Shown one piece after another: positions 1 to 8,164 of a stretch of DNA of 64,000 nt. Position 1 is the stretch's first letter. Every line of letters starts with the position of its first letter. A program made the translations under genes and the position numbers. The stretch comes from Pedosphaera sp. Its GTDB lineage: Bacteria; Verrucomicrobiota; Verrucomicrobiia; Limisphaerales; UBA1100. The DNA is taken from NCBI GenBank assembly GCA_009695465.1, contig SIAW01000002.1, positions 8,332 through 72,331 on the forward strand. Reading direction: 5' to 3'. Under the pieces are notes generated by a model. The model had not been told where the DNA came from, ran no database searches, and worked only from the letters and a program-made list of their open reading frames with translations.

Positions 1-862
1 GCAGTGTCTCCGGCGTGATGTCCCACAAAAACGGCGCATGCCCATTGCCGATGCGCAGGTCCAGCATCTGATTGAAGTCGCAATCGTAGAGTTCGCCGCG
101 ATAGCCGACGCTCAACGTGGTGCGGCACATCAGGCTGGCGACGGATGCGGGATTGAAACTGTCGCGCAGCAACGCCAGATATTCTTCCAGCTTGTCTTGC
201 CGCTGCAAATCCTCCGCGAACCGCGCGATGGGTTGGTTGGTCAACGTGTACAGTTGGGTGAAGCAGATGCCGTGATCGCGCATCAACGCCTCCTTGAAAT
301 CAGCCTGCAACTCGGCCTGCCCGGGCGGCAGTGTCGGGCCGATGGGATTGTAAACCAGATTCAGCGGCAGGCGGGTGCCGTAACCCACGGCGTTGAGCTT
401 GCGCAGTGCAGTGATGCTTTTCTCGAAGACGCCTTGCCCGCGTTGGCGTGCCACGTTGTCGGGCAGATAACAGGGCAGGGAAGCGACGACCTCCACGTGA
501 TGCGAGGCCAGAAAATCCGGCAGCCAATCGTAACCGGGCTCCTCGATGATGGTGAGATTGTTGCGGTCAATGACGTGCGCACCGGCCGCGCGCGCTGCCT
601 GCACCAATTGACGGAAGTGTGGGTTGATCTCCGGAGCGCCGCCGGTGATGTCCACCGTGGCGGGACGATGCTGCCCAATCCAGTGGCAGACCAACTCCGC
701 CGTCGCGGCATCCATCATCTCCGTGCGCCACGGCGCGGCGTCCACATGACAATGGCGGCAGGCCTGATTGCATTTGCGGCCGACGTTGATTTGCAGCGTC
801 ATCAACTCGCCACGCTGCAAATGCTGACCGTGCTGTGCCAGCGTTGTCTGGAAATCATCCAC
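1..862 (-). CDS. radical SAM/Cys-rich protein, ArsS-like (TIGR04167-type); C-terminal part lies outside the window
   Basis: Absent from the ORF track because it stays open to position 1. Manual reverse-complement translation from GTG at 862 gives (M)DDFQTTLAQHGQHLQRGELMTLQINVGRKCNQACRHCHVDAAPWRTEMM... CNQACRHC is a CxxxCxxC radical-SAM cluster motif. The N-terminal layout resembles ArsS-type proteins as I recall them. The + ORF 38..1621 over this region is its antisense shadow fused to the SDR. Confidence 0.7.
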   Translation of the reverse strand, partial: MDDFQTTLAQHGQHLQRGELMTLQINVGRKCNQACRHCHVDAAPWRTEMMDAATAELVCHWIGQHRPATVDITGGAPEINPHFRQLVQAARAAGAHVIDRNNLTIIEEPGYDWLPDFLASHHVEVVASLPCYLPDNVARQRGQGVFEKSITALRKLNAVGYGTRLPLNLVYNPIGPTLPPGQAELQADFKEALMRDHGICFTQLYTLTNQPIARFAEDLQRQDKLEEYLALLRDSFNPASVASLMCRTTLSVGYRGELYDCDFNQMLDLRIGNGHAPFLWDITPETL

Positions 863-922
863 CGCACGGATGCTACACAAGCGCCCTTGCGTCTGAACAG
901 ATTCATTCTAGCCTGCGCCTGC

Positions 923-1621
923 ATGATCAACAAAGTGGCCACCGGCAAGCTGGTGATTATCACCGGCGCCTCGCGTGGGCTGGGCCGGGCAATGGCGCTG
1001 GAGTTCGCGCGACTGGGGCACGTGGTAGCGGGTTGTGCACGCACGGAAAAAGCGGCTGCCTCTGCGCAGTCCGTCTTGGGTGCGCCGCATCAAGTGTCAG
1101 CCGTTGACGTCGCCAATGACGCACAGGTGAGTGCGTGGGCCGCGGCTGTCATCGCCAAACATGGCGCGCCTGATTTGCTGCTCAACAACGCGGCGATCAT
1201 CAATCCCAACGCGCCGCTGTGGAAGGTCTCCCGATCTGATTTCGATGCGGTGGTGGATATCAACATCAAGGGCGTGGCCAATGTCATCCGCCATTTTCTG
1301 CCCGCGATGGTGCACCGACGCAGTGGCGTCATCGTCAATTTCAGTTCCGGCTGGGGCCGCTCTGCTTCACCGGAAGTCGCGCCGTACTGCGCCAGCAAGT
1401 GGGCGGTGGAAGGATTGACGCAGGCGTTGGCGCTAGAATTACCCGCAGGCATGGCTGCGGTGCCGCTCAATCCGGGCATCATCAACACAGATATGTTGCG
1501 CAGTTGCTTCGGCGGTTCGGCAGCAGATTTTCCCGATGCCACGCAATGGGCCAAGAAGGCCGTGCCATTTTTGCTGAGCCTGGATTCGCGCCAGAACGGT
1601 CAGCCGATCAGCGTGCCTTGA
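923..1621 (+). CDS. short-chain dehydrogenase/reductase (classical SDR)
   Basis: Start trimmed to MINKVATGKLVIITGASRGLG. Motifs present: TGxxxGxG (TGASRGLG), NNAA, and catalytic YxxxK (YCASK). Confidence 0.85.
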   Translation: MINKVATGKLVIITGASRGLGRAMALEFARLGHVVAGCARTEKAAASAQSVLGAPHQVSAVDVANDAQVSAWAAAVIAKHGAPDLLLNNAAIINPNAPLWKVSRSDFDAVVDINIKGVANVIRHFLPAMVHRRSGVIVNFSSGWGRSASPEVAPYCASKWAVEGLTQALALELPAGMAAVPLNPGIINTDMLRSCFGGSAADFPDATQWAKKAVPFLLSLDSRQNGQPISVP

Positions 1622-1721
1622 GCGCCGCGCGAGAGTGCGGCGGGCACATAAGGCTTGTTTTTCGGCGCGCGATTGTGATAGGTTCCGCGCCATGTCGCTG
1701 GTGCCGGAGAGAAGGAAACCC

Positions 1722-1973
1722 ATGAAAGCCGTGATGCTGGGCGTTGGCTTTGACAGTGATGGCCACAAGCGTATCACCAAGGGCGAGAATTTTGCGCTGA
1801 TCGGCGGGACGAGTGAGACACACGGTTCAATGACGGAGAAGGCCGTGAAGATCAACGAGAAGCTCGCTGCGCGCGGCAAGCGGTTGGAGGAAGTTTCGGT
1901 GGACGAGTTTGATGAAATCGCCCACTCGGTGGGGCTGGAGCGATGCCGCTCCGAGCAGCCCGGTCAAAACTGA
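1722..1973 (+). CDS. small conserved hypothetical protein (83 aa)
   Basis: Start trimmed to MKAVMLGVGFDSDGHKRITKGENF, preceded by GGAGAGAAGGA (SD-like). Composition looks coding. No function recognised. Confidence 0.5.
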   Translation: MKAVMLGVGFDSDGHKRITKGENFALIGGTSETHGSMTEKAVKINEKLAARGKRLEEVSVDEFDEIAHSVGLERCRSEQPGQN

Positions 1974-1986
1974 GCGATCCCGCGCG

Positions 1987-2535
1987 ATGCTGACCATGAA
2001 ACTTGCCGCGATATTGGTTGCAACGTTTCTGGCAAGCGCGCTGCCCGCCGCCGACAAGTCGCTCTACGACATTCCCCTCAAAGACATCGACGGCAAAGCT
2101 GCGTCGCTCAAGGCGCATCGCGGCAAGGTGCTGTTGATCGTCAACGTGGCTTCGGAGTGCGGACTCACCGCGCAGTACGAGCAGTTGCAGGCGCTGCACA
2201 AGCAGTACGCCGCAAAAGGTTTCACGGTCTGCGCTTTTCCCTGCAACCAGTTTGGCGGGCAAGAGCCGGGCACGGCGGTGGAGATCAAGAAATTCTGCGA
2301 GTCGAAATATCAGGTGACCTTTCCGCTGTACGCCAAGATCGAGGTCAACGGCGACGGGGCCCATCCGCTTTACCGTGCTTTGAAAGCTGCGGGCGGTCCG
2401 GAGAAGATCCGCTGGAACTTCGAGAAATTTTTGGTGGACCGCACGGGCAAGGTCATCAAGCGAATTGATGCTGAGACTGCGCCGGACGATCCCGCTGTGA
2501 TCAAGGCCATCGAGGCGGCCTTGGCGCAAAAATAA
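1987..2535 (+). CDS. glutathione peroxidase (Cys-type), with N-terminal signal peptide
   Basis: Motifs VNVASECGLT, FPCNQFGGQEPG and WNFEKFLV. The active-site codon is TGC (Cys), not TGA. The start could instead be ATG 1996. Confidence 0.9.
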   Translation: MLTMKLAAILVATFLASALPAADKSLYDIPLKDIDGKAASLKAHRGKVLLIVNVASECGLTAQYEQLQALHKQYAAKGFTVCAFPCNQFGGQEPGTAVEIKKFCESKYQVTFPLYAKIEVNGDGAHPLYRALKAAGGPEKIRWNFEKFLVDRTGKVIKRIDAETAPDDPAVIKAIEAALAQK

Positions 2536-2563
2536 TTCCCCCAACTAGGCTACAGTAAAAATT

Positions 2564-2601
2564 GACTTCACCTGCTGGCAGCAATGCCGGCAGGTGAAGT
2601 C
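2564..2601. terminator. GC-rich hairpin between convergent genes (possible bidirectional terminator)
   Basis: GACTTCACCTGC-TGGC..GCCG-GCAGGTGAAGTC forms a near-perfect inverted repeat. It lies between the gpx stop and the hydrolase stop. Confidence 0.5.
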
Positions 2602-2621
2602 ACTTATAGCGGGGCAGGGGA

Positions 2622-4928
2622 TCAGTTGCGCTCCGGCCAGCGCAGGTGGCGGTGCAGAAATTTGTAGGTGGCCTGTCCGTTGATGGTGTGCGGGCCGTTG
2701 AAGTACTCGATCTCCGTACGGTCGGCCACACCCAAGTACGCAAAAATCCGGCGGATCTTGGCGTACTCATACGCCACCCATTCATCCGGGGCGACGCCGT
2801 CGTTGTGTCCGCGCTCCACCATGAACGGCCGCGGAGCGATCAGCGCGCCCATCTCGGCGTAATTAAAAGTGTGGCCGAGGTTGTACTCGAACATCTCATA
2901 CTCGCCGGTGAACATGTAGCTGTAGCGCGAATCCACCGTGACATTCTTTTTGACCCACTCATTGAAATCCGCCGAACAGATGGACAGGCAGTAGCGATTC
3001 ACCAACGCCGGCACGCGCATCGCCGTCTTGCCACCGTAAGAGAGGCCGTAGAAACCGATGCGCTGCTTGTCCACGAAGGGCAATGTCTCCAGCCAATCAA
3101 TGATGCGATCGTGCTGGCCCACGATGACGGAGAAAAGCGAGCGCCCCAGCGGATTGGCTTTGCGCTGCAACACGCGGAAGGCGTCCTGTCCGCGGTACGG
3201 ATTGTGCGGCGCAAAGACGATGAACCCGCGATCGGCCAGCTCGGCGGAGAAGCCTTTGTAATATTGGAAGGGCTGATCCTTGGGATTGCGCGTCACCGTG
3301 TCCATCGGCACGCCTTCGAGTCCATGCTGACAGACGACGACCGGCCGCCGTTCGCCCGGCTTGAGATCCTTCGGCACGAGCAGAATGCCCCACGCAAACA
3401 CATCCCCCCACACATCCAGCACCACATCGTGGCCCGTCCATTTCTCTGTCTCCAGAATCTGGCGACTGCGCGGATTGATGGGCAACGAGGCTGGCGGGAA
3501 TTGTCCGATGACCTCCTTTGCGAAACGCTCGCGGTGCGGCTCACACTGCGCCGCCCATTTGTCCGAGGTGCCCGGCGGCAGCACCTTCCAGAAATTGGCC
3601 TCGCGCACGTACTCGGAGAAACGCAGGAGGCGCTGTGTGTGCTCCACCAGTTCATCCACCTGCCGTTTCTGTCGCGCATCAACATCGGGCAAACGCGCAG
3701 ATTGCATGGCCGGTGTGGAGGGAGGCAATTCAGCGGTGCCGCCCAGACTTGTCAGAAAGTGGCCGAGCGCTTCCGCGCCGCCAAAGGATTTGCTCTCCAC
3801 CAGACGCCAGTTGGCAGAATGCTTTCCCGCCAGTTTTTTGGCGCGCTCAAACTCCATCTGCACTTCCACGGTTTCCGGTGTGGAAATCTTTCCGGGCGCT
3901 GCGCCGCCACGGCGACCCTGACGAGGTTGCGGCGGACCGGCAATCGCAGTGACAGGCGCCTGCTCGATGATCAATGCGCGCGGAGCAATCAGGCTGGCGA
4001 TTTCCGCATCACCAAATTCCCGCAGCAGGCCAAAGACGTTCCGATAGATTGGTTCCGCCCACACGTTTTGGCGCGGGGCAAAATAGCCGCTGACCATCGT
4101 GGCGCTGATGCGCGTGTCCAATGCCGCCGCGTACAGCGCAAGCAATCCGCCTTCGCCGTAGCCGGCCACACCGATGGGAATGGGCTTGGCCGCGTCCCGA
4201 TTTTTGTGCGCGAACCAGTCCACGGCCGACAGGATTTTCTGCACTTCGTAACCGATGATGTGGCGTCCCATCTCGAAAGCCTGGCGATAAATCCATTCGC
4301 GATGCGTTTGGTTGGTGAAGGCTGCGGCCGCGTTTCCCGACCAAGTGTCCTGCCGATTGACGAGCGTGGGCACGAGCACGATGCAGCCAGCCTCGGCCAG
4401 TCGCAGCGCAAACTGAGATTCAGGCGCGACGCCCGGTGCCAATCCAGCGATCTGTTCGGGTGTTTGATCCGCATCGGGGATGGCCACGATGCACGCCTTC
4501 GCCGAGCCTTTGGGTTGGAGCAACAGTCCTTCGCCGTGCACGCCACTGAAAGATTGCCAGCGCACGACGTGGATCGAGAGGCGAGCGTTGGAATAGATCG
4601 CTTCCGGTGCGGCGGTCGTCTGGACAAATTCCAAGCTCGTGATGGGCGCACGCTCGTCCACCGCACCGATGATGTTGCGGAGCCGGTCGCGGTTGGGCTG
4701 CACCGATTTGCCGTAGGCGGCGGGCGAGCTGGCGTCGCGCTTCCAATACTGGGCGCGCTGTTCGGCGGCTTGGACCGTCTGTTTGGTCAGGAACCCATTG
4801 ATGCCGGCCACCATCTTCGCCGACAGATCACCCTCCCAGTCCAACGGCTTCGCGCCCGGCAGAGCGGCGGCCGCATTGGCGCTGAGGTTGGCGAGGAGGA
4901 ACGCAAAAACGACGGGAAGAGTCTTCAT
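2622..4928 (-). CDS. secreted tandem alpha/beta-hydrolase (two dienelactone-hydrolase/esterase-like domains)
   Basis: Start trimmed to MKTLPVVFAFLLANLSANAAAA (signal peptide). The two halves align to each other. The C-terminal half has a GLSYGG nucleophile elbow; the N-terminal half has GYGEGG at the same position. Confidence 0.75.
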   Translation of the reverse strand: MKTLPVVFAFLLANLSANAAAALPGAKPLDWEGDLSAKMVAGINGFLTKQTVQAAEQRAQYWKRDASSPAAYGKSVQPNRDRLRNIIGAVDERAPITSLEFVQTTAAPEAIYSNARLSIHVVRWQSFSGVHGEGLLLQPKGSAKACIVAIPDADQTPEQIAGLAPGVAPESQFALRLAEAGCIVLVPTLVNRQDTWSGNAAAAFTNQTHREWIYRQAFEMGRHIIGYEVQKILSAVDWFAHKNRDAAKPIPIGVAGYGEGGLLALYAAALDTRISATMVSGYFAPRQNVWAEPIYRNVFGLLREFGDAEIASLIAPRALIIEQAPVTAIAGPPQPRQGRRGGAAPGKISTPETVEVQMEFERAKKLAGKHSANWRLVESKSFGGAEALGHFLTSLGGTAELPPSTPAMQSARLPDVDARQKRQVDELVEHTQRLLRFSEYVREANFWKVLPPGTSDKWAAQCEPHRERFAKEVIGQFPPASLPINPRSRQILETEKWTGHDVVLDVWGDVFAWGILLVPKDLKPGERRPVVVCQHGLEGVPMDTVTRNPKDQPFQYYKGFSAELADRGFIVFAPHNPYRGQDAFRVLQRKANPLGRSLFSVIVGQHDRIIDWLETLPFVDKQRIGFYGLSYGGKTAMRVPALVNRYCLSICSADFNEWVKKNVTVDSRYSYMFTGEYEMFEYNLGHTFNYAEMGALIAPRPFMVERGHNDGVAPDEWVAYEYAKIRRIFAYLGVADRTEIEYFNGPHTINGQATYKFLHRHLRWPERN

Positions 4929-4988
4929 GATGGGGCGCACACAATTGCTCAAGGGTGTGCCCCATCTCAAAAGGTTCCCGTCGCGTTG

Positions 4989-6932
4989 TCAATCCCGTTC
5001 GCCGGCGCTGGCCAATTCTGCGTTCGTCACTGCGTTATAGATTTTGAACTGCTCGGCGTGGAATTCCGGATCCGGGCGGAACGAAAGTTTGCCGTAATAT
5101 TTCTTCTCGAGTTCGTTGATGTGAACTTCATCCTCGCGACGCAGGCGATCCAGCACGGTGGGATTGACGACAATCCGCAACTGGAAATCCGACTGATCTT
5201 CGCGGGCGCGCTGCTTGAGAATTTCGGTGAGCTTGCGCTGGATCTCCACGCTCATCGTCAGCGGACTCTTGATGCGCGCGCGTCCTTTGCAATAGGAGCA
5301 CTCGTCGTAGGCGGAGGACTGCACGCTCTCGGAGTGGCGCTGGCGCGTCATCTCCATCAAGCCCAACTGCGAGATGGGCAGGACGTGGGTCTTGGCCTTG
5401 TCGCGGCGCAGACAATCCTTCATGCGCTTATACACCTCCTGCCGGTCGCGCATCGAGCGCATATCAATCAGATCCAGCACGATCAAGCCGCCGATATTGC
5501 GCAGGCGCAGTTGGCGGCAGATTTCCTCGGCCGCCTCGAGGTTGACCTTGAGGATTGTGGATTCCTGATCCTTGCCGCCCTTGTGGCTGCCGCTGTTGAC
5601 GTCAATGGCGATGAGCGCCTCGGTCTCGTCGATGTAAATGTAGCCGCCGCCTTTGAGCTGCACTTTGCGGGTGGAAGTGCTCTCCAACTGCCGGCTGATG
5701 TTGTAGCGGTCGAAGATGTGCCGGGGCTCGCGGTAATGCTTGATCTTCGCGGTGCTGCGTTTGGAGGAGTAAATCTCGACCAACTTCTGCACGCGCTCGA
5801 ACTCCTTGGAGTCGTCAATGATGATCTCCTCGATGTCTTCGGTGAGGAAATCGCGCACGGTGCGCTCAATCAAGTCCGGCTCGCGGAACACGCAGACGGG
5901 GGACGGGCGCTCAGCGATCTCCGATTGCACGCGCTCCCATTCCTTGAGCAGCATGTGCAGGTCGCGGACGAAGTAGCGCACCTGCTGGCCCTCACCCGCG
6001 GTGCGGATGATGATTCCCATGTTCTCGGGGATGTCCAAGTCTTGGATGATCTTGCGCAACCGCTGGCGCTCCTCGCGATTCTCAATCTTCCGCGAGATGC
6101 CGCACTGATCGTTGTTGGGCAGCAGCACGAGAAACCGGCCGGGGATGGCCAGATGCGTCGTCACGCGCGGGCCTTTGGTGCCGATCGGTCCTTTGGTCAC
6201 CTGAATGAGGATGTCTTTGCCGACGCCATAAATCTTGGGAATGTCCGCGCGCGAGATGCGGGGCGTCGCCTTGAATTTGCTCTTGCGCTCCACGACCTCG
6301 TACCGGCTGTCCAACGTCGTGGGCGTGATGTCCCAGTAATGCAGGAAGGCATTCTTCTCGATGCCGATGTCCACGAATGCCGCCTCGAGACGATTCTCCA
6401 GATTGCGCACCTTGCCTTTGAAAATGCTGGCGACAATACGCTCCTGGTTTTTCCGTTCGATGGTGAACTCCTGCAGCATGCCGTGCTCCAGCGTCGCCAC
6501 GCGCGTTTCCAACGACTCGGCGTTGATGACAATCACCTTGCCGCTCTTCTCGCGTTGCCGCAGCAGCGCGCCTACTTTGCCGATGACCTTGCGCGCGCCT
6601 GCCTTGATCTTTTCAATGAGGCCCTTGGGCTCGGCTTCTGCTTCCTCGGCTTTCGGTTCCGGATCAGCCGGTGCCACGCCGTCTTCCAACATCTCGTCGG
6701 GTTCTGGATCGGGTTCCGCGCCGAAAGCCTGTGCCTCCGCCATCGCGATGACGTTCTCGTGCTTGGACTGATCGTACACCGGTTCATCGAGCACTTTGCC
6801 GCCAATCATTTCGTCGCGCGAAGGTGTTTCGGGCGTGGGATTGGGGCCAGCACCGCCTTGACGACGCAGTCCGCCCGTGGGCCGGAACCGGTGGCTTTTA
6901 CGGCGACGCGAAGAATTATTGTCTGCTGTCAT
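4989..6932 (-). CDS. rng: ribonuclease E/G family protein
   Basis: S1 domain plus catalytic core (KVIVINAESLETRVATLEHGMLQEF..IFKGKVRNLENRLEAAFVDIG..). Start trimmed to MTADNNSS (ATG 6932), because the longer ORF overlaps rodA. Confidence 0.85.
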   Translation of the reverse strand: MTADNNSSRRRKSHRFRPTGGLRRQGGAGPNPTPETPSRDEMIGGKVLDEPVYDQSKHENVIAMAEAQAFGAEPDPEPDEMLEDGVAPADPEPKAEEAEAEPKGLIEKIKAGARKVIGKVGALLRQREKSGKVIVINAESLETRVATLEHGMLQEFTIERKNQERIVASIFKGKVRNLENRLEAAFVDIGIEKNAFLHYWDITPTTLDSRYEVVERKSKFKATPRISRADIPKIYGVGKDILIQVTKGPIGTKGPRVTTHLAIPGRFLVLLPNNDQCGISRKIENREERQRLRKIIQDLDIPENMGIIIRTAGEGQQVRYFVRDLHMLLKEWERVQSEIAERPSPVCVFREPDLIERTVRDFLTEDIEEIIIDDSKEFERVQKLVEIYSSKRSTAKIKHYREPRHIFDRYNISRQLESTSTRKVQLKGGGYIYIDETEALIAIDVNSGSHKGGKDQESTILKVNLEAAEEICRQLRLRNIGGLIVLDLIDMRSMRDRQEVYKRMKDCLRRDKAKTHVLPISQLGLMEMTRQRHSESVQSSAYDECSYCKGRARIKSPLTMSVEIQRKLTEILKQRAREDQSDFQLRIVVNPTVLDRLRREDEVHINELEKKYYGKLSFRPDPEFHAEQFKIYNAVTNAELASAGERD

Positions 6933-6937
6933 GATAG

Positions 6938-8164
6938 TTAGTTGGAACGTTGATGGATTTGAATGCTCTGCAGCAGGCCGATGGCCAGCAGCGAGCACAC
7001 GACGGAGGTGCCGCCATAACTGAGCAATGGCAACGGCACACCCGTCACCGGCACCAGCCGGATGTTCATACCGATGTTCACAAAGACATGCCCGAATAAC
7101 AGCGCCACCACCCCCACCGCCAAGAGCCGACCGAGCCGGTCGCGCGCCTGCCCCGCGACGCGGATGCCGATGAGCAGAATGGTGGTGTAGAGGCCGATGA
7201 CCAGCGCGCTGCCCAAAAACCCGCTCTCCTCGGCGATGACCGAGAAGATGAAGTCGTTGTGCGCCACGCCTCGCGGCAGATAGCCTTGGGAGTTTTGGAT
7301 GCCTTGTGACCATCCTTTGCCCGTCAGGCCACCTGCCCCGACGGAAATCATTGCCTGCGCGACATTGTACGAGTCGCGGCTTTGCATCGCCCGAATGCGC
7401 CGGATCTCCGCCGGCGTTGCGTTGGGCGTCGCGTATTGCGTGGCGTAGTCCACGCCGAAATAAACCATCAACCGCCGCTTCTGATAATCATGCAGGTCGA
7501 TGGGCTTCCACGATTGCGGCACGTAAAAGACATAAATCAAAATCGCTGCGACCACACACGCCGCACCGCCCAGCAATTTTTTGAGGAAGCTCGCCGGGAT
7601 GCCCGCCACATAAAGCATCGCCAACGCGGGCAGGATGAACATCAACGCTGAACCCAAATCCGGCTCCAGCATGATCAGGCAAAAGGGTAGGGCGACCAAG
7701 CCCAGCGCCTTGAGCAGGACGCCCGGCTGCCGCAGCTCTTCCTGCGGTCGGCTCAGGAATTGCGCCATTGCCAATAGGAATGCGAACTTGGCGACTTCCG
7801 AGGGTTGGAATTGTATGAAGCCCAAATCAAACCAACGCCGCGCACCGTAGCGCATCGAGCCCAGTCCGGGCACGAGCACGAAGACGAGCATCGCGATCGA
7901 GGCCCAGTAGGCGACAAAAGAAAAGCGCGCGACTTGATGATAGTCTCGCGTGCACAGTAACGCGGCGGCGACCAAACCCACGCCGTAGAAAATGATCTGC
8001 TTGAAGTAGGGTTGACGCAGCAGTTCCGTCGTCGCGTATTGATCGTTGGTGCGCGTGGCGCTCAGCACAAAAGCCATCCCGATGGCCATCAGCGCGAGAA
8101 GTGCCAACAGCAGCCCTTTGTCGAGGCGTTGGCGAATGGGAATGGCGGGCAGCGCGAGCATCAT
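6938..8164 (-). CDS. rodA: rod shape-determining protein RodA (SEDS family peptidoglycan glycosyltransferase)
   Basis: Polytopic FtsW/RodA/SpoVE-like sequence. Its start overlaps the mrdA stop by 1 nt (TGATG). Confidence 0.9.
   Translation of the reverse strand: MMLALPAIPIRQRLDKGLLLALLALMAIGMAFVLSATRTNDQYATTELLRQPYFKQIIFYGVGLVAAALLCTRDYHQVARFSFVAYWASIAMLVFVLVPGLGSMRYGARRWFDLGFIQFQPSEVAKFAFLLAMAQFLSRPQEELRQPGVLLKALGLVALPFCLIMLEPDLGSALMFILPALAMLYVAGIPASFLKKLLGGAACVVAAILIYVFYVPQSWKPIDLHDYQKRRLMVYFGVDYATQYATPNATPAEIRRIRAMQSRDSYNVAQAMISVGAGGLTGKGWSQGIQNSQGYLPRGVAHNDFIFSVIAEESGFLGSALVIGLYTTILLIGIRVAGQARDRLGRLLAVGVVALLFGHVFVNIGMNIRLVPVTGVPLPLLSYGGTSVVCSLLAIGLLQSIQIHQRSN

Noticed and set aside
38-1621. 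5'-extended versions of real genes in the track: 38-1621, 4989-7313, 8164-10215, 19713-20579, 20498-21487, 21181-22626, 28754-32044, 39655-41334, 43991-45460, 49213-51114 and 52711-54651.
   Set aside because: The extensions overlap upstream genes or tRNAs, have shadow-like composition, and precede Met codons that reproduce canonical family N-termini. Starts were trimmed accordingly.
2140-2170. Possible selenocysteine in the glutathione peroxidase active site.
   Set aside because: The codon in VASECGLT is TGC (Cys), not TGA. There is no in-frame UGA and no need for a SECIS element.
2646-6941. 1431-aa ORF on the + strand, the longest in the window.
   Set aside because: It is exactly antisense to two well-supported minus-strand genes, the alpha/beta-hydrolase and RNase E/G. 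Its composition is the Arg/Ala/His/Gln/Leu-rich, low-complexity pattern typical of shadow ORFs in GC-rich DNA. It has no recognisable motifs.
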